Assembly: GCA_036172245.1 (NCBI GenBank)
Contig: JAYWIR010000003.1
Coordinates: 3,968,001 to 4,032,000 of the forward strand
Length of the DNA stretch: 64,000 nt
Reading direction: 5' to 3'
From: Raillietiella orientalis
Taxonomy: Eukaryota
Part shown: positions 34,801 to 48,110 of the stretch, piece by piece
Layout: each line of letters opens with the position of its first letter
Position numbering within the stretch: the stretch's first letter is position 1
The notes under the pieces: generated by a model
What the model was told of the DNA's origin: nothing
What the model saw: only the letters and a program-made list of their open reading frames with translations
Database searches by the model: none
Made by a program: the position numbers and the translations under genes

Positions 34801-37800
34801 ATTTTTATGATTCTCTATGATGAAGGCTGCCATAAAAGCGCTTGGGCAGTTTATTGTATCTGTGGATAACGCCCTCCGCTTCTGACTGCAGAAACCAAGC
34901 CAGCAGCATACGGGCATTGTTTATCCAATAACCTCCAGCCGCCATCATCAAATTAAGACCAGCTTTCACAGGTACCTAAAGAACGAAAGTGAGAGCAGCA
35001 GGAGCTGCCGAGGCACCGGTATGTTGCAGGCGAAGACACGAAAGGCGAGGAAGAAAGAAAGCGGGCACGGAACTTTCGTGTGTGCAGAGGAAGTTTCGGC
35101 CCGCACGAGGAACTCTGCATCGCAAACAGATGGGATAGCGATGCATTTTCCAGCCTCCGGCGATCCGCACCGCGTGCTACGACGCGGCGAGATTTCGAAG
35201 ACGCGTTCCCGCCGCAGCTGCGCTGCGTGACGCGCGCGCGTGTCCTCCGATGCGATTCTGTTCCGAGAGTCTCTCTCTCTCTCTCTCTCTTTCTAGCTGT
35301 TGAAGAAGCTGCCAAGGAACGATCACAGCCGTGGCAGCGAAGGGCGTCCGAGACCGCCAGCTCCCGACATCGAAATTCTGTGACGACGTGTCAAACAAGC
35401 AGCCGGATGAGATTCCAGAAATCCTCCAGGCCTGGTTCGGTTCCAATTCCTCGGGTCCCTTTTCTGTTCTTCTTGTTGCTTCTTTCACACATCCCCTGCC
35501 GACATCCAAGAAATCAAACGTATGCATCCGCAGCCTACCTGAAGCATGTGAAAGGGATTCTCATCTCCTGGCAAGAGGATTTCGCAGAATCTCCGGGCCA
35601 CACGCGAGAGCATTGGAAAAGGAAAATTTTTTTCGAGATGGCGAGGGAGGAGAAACGCACGCTGTCCTCGAGAACGCGCGTGCGCACAAGGAGCAGCAAA
35701 AGTGTTTGGCAAATGCACGGTGAGTGGTGATGTCAAATCTCCTCTTGGTATCTCGAGACAACAGCATGGCGTGTCGTGGGCATTCCAACCGAACCGTTCG
35801 TTCCCTTCGCGAACTCCACCGATGGGTCGACGATTGGTTTCCGATTCCGGCGGACGCCTCGATCAGGACGCACCCGGCTAACTATTCCTTCTTCTTCTTC
35901 TTCTTGCCTGCTTGACAAACCTTACGGAAAATGAAACCGGCGCCATTTTTCTTTCTGTTTTTGCAGGTGAAGATTTCGTCTCACCGGAGTAATCGAGCCA
36001 TCGCTTCACGGAGAGTATTTCGCGCCTTTATCAGCTTCCCTGGATGTCCACAAATCTTATTTACAGCACAGAAAAAAAATCTAGGTGAGTCATTCAAAGA
36101 GGAACACGGAGCGCGTGCCATGCTAGTAGGATGGTGCTACTGGACGGTGCCTATAATTCACCTCATCAACCAAATGGGAACTCATTATTCTAAAGAAAGC
36201 TAGGATCTCTTCGTAGCTCCCATTCGTATTTTATACGAAACTTGGGATGCACGGTCAAGTTTTGCTTTGGAGTTCAATCTCTGGATGACAGCTCACGAGC
36301 TGCAGCCTTCTGCTTTTACGACTGCAGAAGAGAAAGCCGAAGATTGTGATACATGCTACTTAGAAATGTTCCCCAGAGTGAAGGGCTTGGCAAACGGCTC
36401 AAGGGTTACATACGGTTTGAATGAGATTTCGATTCTCAGAGGGAACCCACCACCTCCGTCTGTAGCGGCATCCGTTGGCGCAAGAATTTTACCTGTTTGA
36501 GAAGGTGTTTCTTTGGTGAGTCGCATCCAGGGCTTTTGAGTTAAAGATTTGCCTCTAAAGACAGGCTCGAGGTAAGCGAAACGCAGTTCCTCCCTCTTGG
36601 AATCAAAAATATTCTCCAAGCCTTCCAGGGAAGTCCTTTCAGGCCTCGCCAGTTGTTTAGTTTGCTTCTTGAGCATTCGTCCGAAATCCCCGATCAGGGA
36701 AATGTTCTTCTTTCCCTGATCCTTCCACGACCGGAATTCCTCGGTCGCTCCTTCGTTCAAATGGGAAGAAAAAAAGAATTCATCACTTCTTCCTCTCCTG
36801 CTTCACTTAAAGATTTCCTCCTCCGTTCTTTGCTGATGAAGCAGGAACCTTTTCCAGGTCAGGGAAGACCCACACGTGAAGGGCATGACATGCGTTGCAT
36901 TGGTGCTGCTGGTCTTCCCCCTCACGGTCCACTTGAACTGTACAGCATGTGCTCGGAGCACATGGTGCCTTATTCAGCGTGAAAGATCGTATTTGCAGCC
37001 TCCGTAATAATTTCTGTCTTCGGCGTCGCGTTGCCCTCATTACGGAGAACCGCTGTCTCCCGTGATAAGGCATCGTGTCGGAAATCAAAAGTCGGGAGGC
37101 AACTCGACCTCACGGCGTTCACTCATTCAGCAATCAAGATGCAGATTGATATGCACCCGCGAGCTGCAGTGCGGAATGGAAGGAGCAGTTTCCGTACTTG
37201 CAGTCAAACGGTCCACGGAAAAAAAATGAAATAAAATAGAAAAGTAGTAGAAGCTAAACGCTGTTTGGAGACATGAGGTGTTCTCTCGTGATCAAGCGTT
37301 CTCGCAAAGAGAAATTCTGATCTGAACGATCTGAATTTTGAAAGTTGAAGAGGAAGGCGGATGCAACTTCCCAGATTAGTACACAGATGGGGACGTAAGA
37401 AGGAAAGCAAGAAAAGAAGGAAAGCAGGTTGCATCTGCCCGAAAACCAACAGCTCTGCAAAGCAGATGGTCAAAGGAAGAGGAAAACCTCTCGGGATTTC
37501 CAGCTCGCAATGGCGAAAAGGACGAGGAATCGCTCAAAGCGTGGCGTTCCGGATCCCGAGAACAAGTCATGCAACGATGGATGACCTCTGACCGTTTCCC
37601 CGACTGCGGAATGGATGCAGATAAGGTCAGATGTCATCCGATTGCAATTGCTGGCTGGAGCGACGGAACTGATTATCATGTAAGAAACCAAACAAGTGCC
37701 GTGCTCTCTATCAGATGCCAGCAGGAGCAGTTTGAAGTAGGACGGCTTGCAAAACATTGGCTCGACCGCGCGGAAAGCTCCCCAGAAAGCGAAATCAAAA

Positions 37801-40800
37801 TCGAGCTCATGACAACAAAAATGGATTATCGTCAAGATCTCGTGTTTTGCAAGTGGTGTCTTTGCAATCCGATTAATTAGCACGGCGAATGATGCGATAA
37901 GGGAAACGCGGCTCATTCGGGAGAAAGTTCACCCCGGACGGCTTCCAGATTACGAATTTGATATGCACCGGTGGCGCTCTCCGACACGCATTGTTGAAAG
38001 TTATTTAAGGATTTTCCCGCAGGGCGCGTCATCCAAAAAACCATTGTTGAATCCATTGTTGAAACCCTTCGGAGGAGCTTCCAACAACAATGGATTGGGA
38101 TCGTGTTCACCAGTGGCTCTAGGGTAAATATGGTGACGAAACAAAGCGGTTGTTTGGGATTGTATACAATATTCATACAGAATATTCATACACTTTTTTC
38201 TCCTCCATGAGTAAGATCCAGAGATCCGAACCCATGGCAACGCCTTTTGTTCCAAATATGAGGATTAGCGGCTGCACAGTCCCAACATTACAAAGTACAA
38301 AAATAGTCTTGTGCAAATTCCGCTATTGACAGAATGATGAATTGCAAACTGAAGTTCAGAAGTTGATTACGAAAGCATTAAGAGAGCCTGATGCATGACT
38401 ATTTACTTAATTCAGTCACTCGGGAGATATTTTTCCAAGTTTCGTCATCAATCTACTGAAGCATGAGGGAACAGTTATGTGGGATATGCGTACTTATGTG
38501 TGTGTGTTCCAAACCAAATTACGCTTATCACTTTCCGATGGCACTTTTCTTCGTTTTATTTTCGCTGAGGTGCGCGTCCATGTTTGTCCTGGCACGATGC
38601 GTCTTCGTCCGCGCCTTTTTCACCTTTCCATCATTTCTTGACCTTTGACCACAAAGACCAAATTGTATGCTTTCCAACAAATGTCTCGAATGCATCGTTG
38701 AATCTTGGAAATCTTTCCAATTTGCATGAAATCCGGGATTTTTTTCGGTGTTTTTTTCATTTTTTTTTTTTGCCTATGGAGTCTAGGTCGAAAGACTGGA
38801 ACAGTCGACCGAACTCGTATTTCAAGTTTTCAGTAAACATCCTATGATGCTTAGTTAATTGCATTTCTTGATAGAGTCTTAATCGTATAGTTTGCAGCAC
38901 AGTGGGGGTTCCAAATTCTTTTCAATAACCTTCCTGCCATTCATTCAGATGGCACCATTCCACTGATTGGGTCTTCACTTAGATTCGTCGAAACGAATGA
39001 TGCCTAATGATTCTTCCCACTAAATTTTTGCTCCCAGCATCCCTGCTCCAATCTGCCGATGTAAAAAACTTAAACCTTATCTTGATGAAAGCTCGGCGTA
39101 CTGTGCAAAGTTATTGTTTATCTTAAACGACGGGGGGAACTTCGTTGGAATGGAAAAAGCTGGAAAGCGATCTAAACTTTCTATCATGGAATTCCTACTT
39201 ATTTAGAATCACTCTTGTGCCGTGATCGCCACCTGTATCCATTTCCTGAAGCTGATTTGACGACACGGACGTGTTGTCTACATGCATGGCAATAAAAATG
39301 CGATTTTTGAAAAATTGCTGCCTTTTATCCTTGCTAACAGCATTTGATGGATGTCAGCACGCAGCGACGTCACCTAAAGCAGCCATTCGCTCTTCTGTCA
39401 AAGACTCGAGCAGGAAAATCCGCACCGTGCAGTAAACTGAAAACGAACATCCTCTTGCAGGATCCAGTTAATGCACTCTGCGTAATTACTTGATTATTTC
39501 CATTTTCACGAATTCTACTTGTGCCGCCTCCATTGGGTTTCACCTGCGGCTTTTAGAGCCAAATGGTTGCTTACATGCTCCAACTAATTTGATTAATGGC
39601 ACGGTAAACGCGCCGAATGAATCGTGAACGTTCGCTAATTTTATGGCGCTAATTACTGACAAACGCCCATTAGCCATCGGTGGGATAATGTAGCGCTGGA
39701 GGATGCCCTGTCACGCACCACAGTCTGTGTTAACATTCCTGACAGTTTGGAAACGGAGCACCAGAAGAGTTCACGCTGGAGGCACAGACCCGTTGCAGCG
39801 GCGAGCGTCACGTCTCTTTCCGTGAAGACGCTGCTGATCTTCTCGTGAGGGATCTCCAAGCAAAAACGATTGCAAACCATCATTGTGAGCCTTGTTGACA
39901 CTGCTGGATAATACCGCTGCCCTTGGGCTGCCGGACCACGGGGCTGCAAAGAGCATGGTTTTTAACCTCATTTCCTCCACTATCGGCACTTTTGCAGTCA
40001 AGGGAGACGACCGTGGGACGTTGGACTTCTTGCTCCACACTTCATTCATGGCGCTATTCCGTTTATCTGGCTCTCTTCTACATACAGAGTGCGCATTCGT
40101 GTTCGGTTCCATTTTTCTGTGAGTCAGTGGCTTGCAATAGTAACGGTTATTCCGAGAAAGGAAAACAAGAAGAAGGAGGAAAGCATTTGTATGAAGACTT
40201 GCTGACTTCTGTACACACTCATGATATAGTACGAAAGGAACAGGTTTCGGAAGAACTTTTACAACCGATGAAAGAAAGGAAAGTGCTGATGCTTCGGACA
40301 CAAACAGAATGATCCCTGTGGTTTACCAAGAATTCGTTGTAAATCTGTGATACTGGTCACGTTGACCTGGTTTTGCTGCCTTGATAGAATTCTGGTTGCA
40401 GTACCCCAATATGAGATTCGCTTTGGAAACTCCGTTGTGTATCCTCAGGCAATAAAAAAAAGAAGGCAAGGGTGCAGGCAGCTGCGTTCTTAGCTCCAGC
40501 TCAGTCAGCTCAAGGAAGCCGAGCTGACCAGGTACAGATCCACTCTGAAAGACACCCAGGCTGGCGGCACGTGCCAACGGCGCCCAGGGACGTTGTTGCA
40601 TGTGGATGCTGTTTCAGTTTGGGGAAGATGCCACAGCATTCAGATCAAAATCGATCGACTTCATGGCACTGTTTATTTTACTTCCTTGCTGCTGTTGTTT
40701 AGTAGGAAGGCTTTTTTGCCACAGGCTGGCGAGTCCCGGAAAGTTCGATTTTTTGAAAGCGAAATTTGCCACTTTTGAAAAATCATTTTCGAATGGGGGA

Positions 40801-41639
40801 TGGAGACTTTATTCCTAGAAAAAGAAAAAGAACAAATATCCATTGATTCAGGTCGTGTGCACTATGATGGGGAGCGACTTCACAACGTCTTCACGGTCAG
40901 CATAAATTGCACGGCAAGGACTCGCTATTAAAATGTGCTTCACTATCGTTACATTCCCCAGCAGCTTCGTTGGTTTCGTTACATAAAACTGGGGCTCCAC
41001 CCCTTCTTGATCATCATGCTTTTTCTAACCGTATGCTTGACTCCGAGAGGGATCAGTTTGCTGGATGAGTCTGATTCTGGAAGGCACTTTGGATCGGAAT
41101 AAACTTTAGCAAGCCAACCATCCTTACGTTGGCAACTCGATTTCACAGGGGGGGTTATCGCGTGTGGATGAAAGAAATCTTAACCATCCGCAACCATAAA
41201 AAGATGTCCTCCCTCGTGGATCATCCACGAATCTCGGGCTTCATTTCAGATCCTACTTTCTCGCTGCAGTGCACGAGGCGTCAAACACTTAATTTACAAG
41301 GCTCTTTAGGGTGCACGGCTCATTATAAGACCTTCAATTATCACAAATAAATATTTGAGTTGCCTCCGTGATGTCTTTCCAGACTCAGATACATTTCGTA
41401 GTGTAGGCCGACTGCGATTTCGATCGAGTACACCACAGGGTCCTTACTTTTCGATCAGTTTCATCAGCGCCAGAGATGCTCTGCTTTCCTCCTAAAGACT
41501 TCTAAAGAGTGAAGACTCTTCTGATAGCTTTTCTCGAGTTCTTTCAGAGAGCTTGAGGTTGAAGATGATAATTTCGCCAACGGAAACATTTTTCATCTTA
41601 CGCTTCGAAAACGAAGCTGTCTGAAGATCCCTCACAAGG

Positions 41640-41970
41640 GAGAGCAACCATTTTTAACGAAGGCAGCGCACACCAATCACGAGATAGTTACAGCTGATCC
41701 CTTACAGTGTTGCCACATGTACGCAAAATGTAGTTCAAAGAAAATGATCGTGCTGTACGCGGCGCACGGCGAACTTTCCTCGTCGTTTATTCTGTTTTAA
41801 AAGATGCTTGTCTGATAAAATTGTCTCAATCTGACATCGATGGAGTTTTTTGCTGAAAGAAAAATCATTGGCTGCTGCTCTTCACTGGCAAAATGCTCAC
41901 CGACAGTTTCTTATCTTTGGAAACAAACATCATCGACAAATGCCTACCACGAACTGATTGCTCACTGATT
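41640..41970 (+). mobile_element. mariner-like transposon 5' remnant
   Basis: Across frameshifts, EFFAE...NAHRQFLIFG..IDKC resembles the EFL.AE...IHRRL..VYG...D.STV HTH start of mariner transposases. Confidence 0.45.
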
Positions 41971-44199
41971 CCACATAACGTATGCTAACAAGCTGCATAA
42001 ATTCGTGTGTGTTATCCAGACACAAAAAACTTCCAAAGCACTCTTCCAGTTAAAACTTCCAATTTCTACCTGGCAAAAGTCTTGGATTCGAGACGGTGAG
42101 GTAATTTCGAAGCTTTTCTCGCTTGTGTTTGAAGGATGCGTCAGACGTGCGAACCCGTATTTCACACAGGGTGGCATCCACAGTATGTGGACAACATTTA
42201 TCATGAGCAATATCGATGTTGACAGATTGTCTATCGCACAGTAAGTGGACAATATTTATCCTAAGTAATATGAATGCTAATATTGCCTATCAAGTGAATT
42301 TCTTTTTTTTTTGAAATCCTTTCAGTATACGATAGTACATGATTGCGGAGGAGAGTAAAGTACATCAGCAATTTTGTTCTTTGTTTTTGTTTTTTTTTTT
42401 TTTAAAAAAAAAAAGAGCTCAGCTTTGGCATTTTGAGCGCTCGAGGTGCAAAGCACGTCTCAGATTGAAACCTTATGAGAACGTTTATGCAAAAATGACA
42501 CGTCTGTTACAAGATGTGCAAGAGAAAGCGCCAATTTTTTTCAGGCAAAATCTCTTGATGAGAATGAGTCCCGAGACGTACTTTTTCTGCTGCTCTGTGA
42601 CGCGTTTCGAGCTGCATTTATTATCCAAAAGGAAAAACTTTTGTTCCTTTACTTATAGTCGTTGTACGCTTGGATAGTTGCTGACTTTGGAAGAGTCGTT
42701 GGGTGCCTTTCATCACCAATATTCTACACACATTTTTTATTTCTGATCGACGCTGTGTCAGCTTTCCCGCCTTCTCCGCCACAGGGAGTACGTTTTCTTT
42801 CTTTCTTTGTTTGTTTGTTTTTTCGAAAAAAAGAAAAAGAAAGAAAGACGAAACTGAACGCATCGCAGATGCCTGCTGAAGGAAACAAATCTGATCGAAA
42901 GTCGGCTATCACTTTGATTCAACTTGGTAATCCTGTTCGTTCTTTAAAGGCTAAACTGGCCAAACTGCTGTGGTCACACTTTGCGGCAGAGCTGGTGATC
43001 AACGAGGATGAAATATGAGCACAGCTGGCACTAGAAGAAAGCAAAAAGATGCTGCTGCCAACGGAATGCAGTTGAAAGTCATCTGAAAAGACCTCTTCCA
43101 AGGAAAAGTACCAAATTCCCTCTTTGATCAGCTTCCTTGTACGGGCACGTCTGCAGCAGGCTTAAACTTCTTCGTACAGAGAAGGTGTATCGTTTGCATA
43201 TCCTTAGTAGAATGCGAAGAGATTGGATTTTTTAAGACGACAAGCAGGTTAAATAGAAGACTGGGGTAGGAGGCTCAGCACATAAATATTGAATCGAAGC
43301 TTCGAAAGCGAGATGAAATCTTAATAAAACTCTCCGCTCTTAATTTAGTTAGTGATCTATACTGAGTTTCCCCTTCAGGCTTTAGGAGGAGGATGGAAGT
43401 CCACATGGAACCATAAAGTGCTCGCTTGACGAACCATGACTGCGAGTTGTTCGTTCCCCGTCACATCCGTCTCCATCTCCCGAGAATCTTCTGGATAAGG
43501 TAGGTAATTGGCACATCAGCACCTTCAGCTGAGAATGAAATTGCGAGGACGCGGGGTGGATTATGAACCGTAGGAATCACAGGCAAGTCCCAAGGGGAAG
43601 TCCCTGTTGGCGAAGAAGCGACCAGGAAAGCTCAAGGTGGGCCGAGTCCCAAGGCATTTTGCAAATGGCGGCGCCGAGTCGCATCTCAGGAGACCACCTG
43701 GTTTTCTATAGGAGTTACGGAAAATTCGATCATCACGTTTCAGCTGCTGCGCTCCCTTTGAAACCGAATGCTTCCTTTCCATCTTTTTTTTTTTTTTCTT
43801 TCCTGCATGCCTGTGAGGAGGAGAGTTTGTCTGGCAGCGGAATGATAAAGAGAACTAGTATCAGGATGTCCTCTGCTTCCTCACACAAGAAAAAGACGAG
43901 CGAGTTCTTCTGCCAAAGAAGCAGCGTGTCTCGACTGCGAAATACAAACATTTTTCCTTTTTTCACTCGTAACTGTACCGTCTTTTTCAGATGCGCTTAC
44001 CAATTCACTTGCCTGCGATTAGGCAGCTTCTGGTACTTTCTCTCTTTCTTTTTTTTTTTTTCAAAAAAAAAAAAAAGAAGAGCAATTAATTGACGTTGAT
44101 TAGGAGCACTGGATGGAGGAGGAGGAGTATAGCAAGAATACCGATGACCAAAAACAGTGATTTGCGAACAAAGACACTGTGCAACTTATGCACGAATAC

Positions 44200-44410
44200 G
44201 TTTCTATACGTAAGGATGTGTACATTCGAATACAAGAATGTACAAACTTATGTAATGTGTGTTTTGGCTAAATCTGGTTTTCGCCATACATATATCTAGC
44301 ACACGGACTGCGTGAATTCCGACGTAAGCGCATGCATACGTGTATAGTTGTACAGTTGGATTCATACATGAGAATGCGCGTACATATACATATCCGTAGA
44401 TCACCTACAT
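44200..44410. repeat. degenerate TA/CA-rich simple repeat
   Basis: Repeated tacata/tatgta/tacg units. Confidence 0.6.
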
Positions 44411-46209
44411 GGGTCAAATTATTGTCGCAGAGCACACTGCATTCAATGTTTTAAAATTTCATTTGTACCAATATTTCGAAAGGATTCGAAATGAATCGCC
44501 CCCGAATTATGTCAATCGGTGCAGCGCGTGCCATGTGAAACACCCGTCAGGAACGTCAGTAATAATGACTGCCGCCATCAAAGTGCCCACTGGCTGTCCA
44601 ACAATGCACGCAGAGCGCGTAGGCCCTCCTCGCGTGACACGAGGGAACGCGTTCTGCGTCATACGAGCCCTACGAGGATAGCGGGGATCACAGTGTTCCC
44701 AAACTGAACGTTATAAAAGTGGAACATTCATCGTTTCGCCTTGGAGCAAAAAGAGGGAACAACTAAAAGCGTTTATTTATTATGAAGCTTTGAATGAAAG
44801 AAAAGCTTTTTCGAGTTTTGCCGATATTTGGTGAATTGAAACATTTCCGTAGTTTCATCTCTGTCGTTCTCAATGTTGGAAAACGTATCCTCTTGCACTT
44901 GGGATGGCTAAACGAAAAAAAAAAAAAACATTTCTTTTTCATAACGTGAAAAGAGAAAAAATGCTCGACCTACTTGAATCGTGTTTTGTATTCTTTTTTA
45001 AAAAGCAGCGGACACTTTGCCAAGAAGCTGAGATTTATCCAAAACGTTGGGTGTACAGAACTATACGAGGACTGTCGCCATTTCTCCGTCGCTTTACACG
45101 GGTGTCTACTGTACATACCTTTCTTATGATGCTGTATGTTGCAGCTTTCCGAATGGGAGTTCAGCGTTCCACTTCTACCAGCGCGAAAGAGAAATTCCTA
45201 TTCATCCCTTCTACACCAACTACAGTGGGACTAAGCGTCAAAATGCTAACAAGAACAACCCTTGAGGAAATATTCGTTGAGTCCACACGCACCTCAGCAG
45301 ACAGGGCGAAGGAAGGCTGCGACCTACACAGTGAACACGTGCGGTTCAGGCAAACCGCGTGACGCTGCCAAGCAGTGTTGCAAGCTGCTGCGAAATGTTG
45401 AGGAATTCCGTGGCGATGGCACCTTTGGCAAAGAAGGAACCCACTCTTTGCAGGTCTGATTTCATTCCAGCAGCCGGCAGAGTTGCTTCCATGGGTAACC
45501 TCCCTTAACGGGCGTCCTCAGGGCGCGAAAGAGGTTGCGAGACTTGGCGGTCCGAAATGCCCATCGGCACCCACCTGCGAAGAGTGGAAGTGAACGTATG
45601 CTAACTCGATCGTACACGCTACCCGTGCGTTCGAGGAAAGCGCATACGTTAGTTGTACTCGAGAATGAGCACTGATCGAACTGAAATTGGACGGACTGGA
45701 AACCCCCCATCCCTCCAGGAGATAACCGATGCTGACAAAGAGAAAGCACACGTTCCGTGGCTCCGGGATCAGAGTGGGCGTTCCCTCCTGATTGGTTCCC
45801 GAATCCCATTCAAGCAGGGACCTCGGCAATCCTCTCTGCTCGGGCCGAATCTTGCGAAATCCTCGCTCCGCCTTTCTGCTTCGGCTTCGTTGTCAGGAAA
45901 CGCGCGAGAGCCATTCTGCAAGATCGGAAGCGCTCGTTTCTTCGGGAGCTGCATGCGCCCCGCGCTATCCTCTCCTCGACGATGGCAGTCCGCTCTCTGC
46001 TTCTCACGTCTCCTGCAAGCTCCCAGGGACCCCCCTTTGCACAATCCTACCCCGATCCCCGACGCCTTTCAAGTCAGGTGACCGAGGGAATATGAAACAC
46101 CTCCTGCAACGTTGTGAGGGCGGCAGACGCATGTTGCTCCCTACCCTCAAAATCTGCCTTGTCAGTCTGCTCCTCAAGATCTGTCACCAGCACGGGCGAA
46201 GTCCTACCC

Positions 46210-46835
46210 GCGTCGGGCAGCCGTGTGGCTGTGCGAGGAGATCGCAGCCTGGCGCCAGGGGTAGCGCGTATTCGAATCCCCGCGTGGTGGGCCGACTCTG
46301 TGAATGGGGGGGAGGGAGGGGGCCTCGTGGGTTTCGAGTCCTTTTCACAGGATGACAACCACAGACCTCGGGTGCGGCGGCACTGGCAGAAGCAGCTCCG
46401 ATGCCTCCGCTGTCCAGGGGTCGGGATTGAAAGTTGACCGTCCGGGGTTTTTCCAGGAATCAATAATCCTTCCCCTCCGGTTGCGAAAATGGAGCCGCTC
46501 CCTCCCCCCCCCCCTCGGAGGGGGACCCTCCATCGCGTACCATGGATCTGGTGGCTAGGCACCTCTCCAGAGTGTGAAGAAGAGTGCTGCTCCCTTCGAG
46601 GAGCGCCCTCCAGAGAAATCGGGAAGCGTCTCTCCGGGCTTCCCTCTTCGGAGGAGGAAACCAGGAGCGGTTCTTTTCCGGGGGTCCCTCCGGAGAAGAA
46701 GAAACGAGGGATACGTCACTCCCCAGGAGATAAGGGGTGGTTCCCTTCGGGGTTCCTCTACGAAGCGTAAGAGGAACGGACTCCTTCCTGGATTCATAGG
46801 GTGGTCCCTACTGGATCACCCCCTACAACTGAAAG
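46210..46835 (+). mobile_element. tRNA-headed SINE-like repeat (family A), copy 2
   Basis: B-box-like TTCGAATCCC (46271-46280), then CGTGGGTTTCGAGTC; 3' end GGATTCATAGGGTGGTCCCTAC...AACTGAA shared with the copy at 51.2-51.8 kb. Confidence 0.7.
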
Positions 46836-46899
46836 AATGAAACGCACTCTCGGGTGGCGTGGACGGCGCCAAAGAGCTTCGCGAGTCCCCCCTCTTCTG

Positions 46900-48110
46900 A
46901 GGGGCGAACCGTTCTTAAGCACTCCGCGAGAACCGAAAAAAAAAAAGAAAAAAAGCTGGAAGGAAAGCAGCGAAGCAGAAGAACCCCGGAAGATTCCCAT
47001 CATCCCAGGCCAACGGTGACGATCTTCCCGCGAGATCGCCACTGGCCTTTGAAAAAAAAATCTGTCTCGTCAAGCGACCACGCAACTTCCCGTGAATTCG
47101 CAGGCGCCATCCAACCTCCACCTCCCTCCCCTCCAGAAAGGGGGAGGGGGGAAGTCTTAGAAATCCCAAAGGAACGCTTCGCAGCTTCCTAAAAGCACAG
47201 GACCACCCTCTGCTGCTTGCCCACGTAATCTCGCGAATCAGGTGGCTGTGGAAACACGGCACGCTCCCGGTACCTCTGCAGGTAAGATGAAACCCCGGGT
47301 AGTTTCCTGTACTTTCCAAATTCCGGAAGTCGAGTGACCGTGGAGCGACTTGCGGTGCCGTTTCTTTTTCGGCGGAACCTGTTTGTTTTGTACTTTCACT
47401 CGCTTCCAGAGCAGCTTGGCAACCGCGAAGTGTCTTGTACAAGCAACGCCTGTTACGCACGTCTTTGTTACCGTGTATTGCCGCATCGCTTGCGCGCCGC
47501 GTGTACTGCGCCGCCTGTTCCTGAAAAAGGCAGGACAGAGCGCAGCTTTCCTAGTCATCTTCCTCAGGAGCATCACTGATGCTGTGGCACTTAGCAAGTA
47601 AACTATGCGTCACTGTCAGATGAAGGGTTGCCACGAGCATCGCATGCAGGAACCCAGACGTTGCGGAAAGAGCGACTCCCACAGCTGATTGACCCGATGC
47701 TTGGGTGTAACCACACCTCTCTCTCTTTTCGTTTTCCTTCATGTAATTCCACGTGGTCCATCCAAAGGCTGATCAGCAGGGCATTGCCGCTCTGGCTCGT
47801 TAAGAAGATTGTTGAATTCCGATTCGAGTTCGGAGGGAAAGAGAGGCGTCAGAAGAACGGAGGCAGGAGAAGACGAGAGGCGGGAAAATGCCAGCGACCG
47901 TCGTTCCTTTGGGAGCCGCCAGCAATTCGACACGAGGGGGATCCGCGGGGGCTTTCGTCAGGAGACGGACCGAGGCCGAGTCAGATCAAAGTGAAGAGGT
48001 CGTCGGAGAGGTGCAACGCCCGGTACCTCAGACGTCTGAGTTGCGATTCCTACGGAGGAATCCGGGATTTCCGAGCGACGCTTGCACCGGTACCTCAAGG
48101 ATCTCTTGAC
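46900..48110 (+). mobile_element. decayed Jockey-like LINE ORF2 (RT) remnant
   Basis: KKAGQSAAF...RSITDAVALSK (K.GK..YRPISLL..LSK-like), TWSIQRLISRALPLWLVKKIVEF, and VPQGSL at ~48090. Segment 46930-47060 is repeated at 62460-62610. Confidence 0.65.

Noticed and set aside
34817..34885. Second box C/D snoRNA-like stretch (ATGATGA...CCTCCGCTT-CTGA)
   Set aside because: Only 9 nt of rRNA complementarity, with no clear internal boxes or terminal stem.
33110..34975. Minus-strand frames that look protein-like if TAA/TAG were read through (stop-codon reassignment idea)
   Set aside because: About 4 stops per 80 codons is what random sequence gives, and no homologue is recognisable. There is no evidence for an altered code.
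36356..36760. KILAPTDAATDGG as a Pif1/Helitron helicase motif Ia
   Set aside because: No Walker A or other helicase motifs nearby.
38400..38850. Helentron/MITE-like remnant (CCAAGTTTC, GACCTTTGACC motifs)
   Set aside because: Only short motif resemblance; no termini or second copy in the window.
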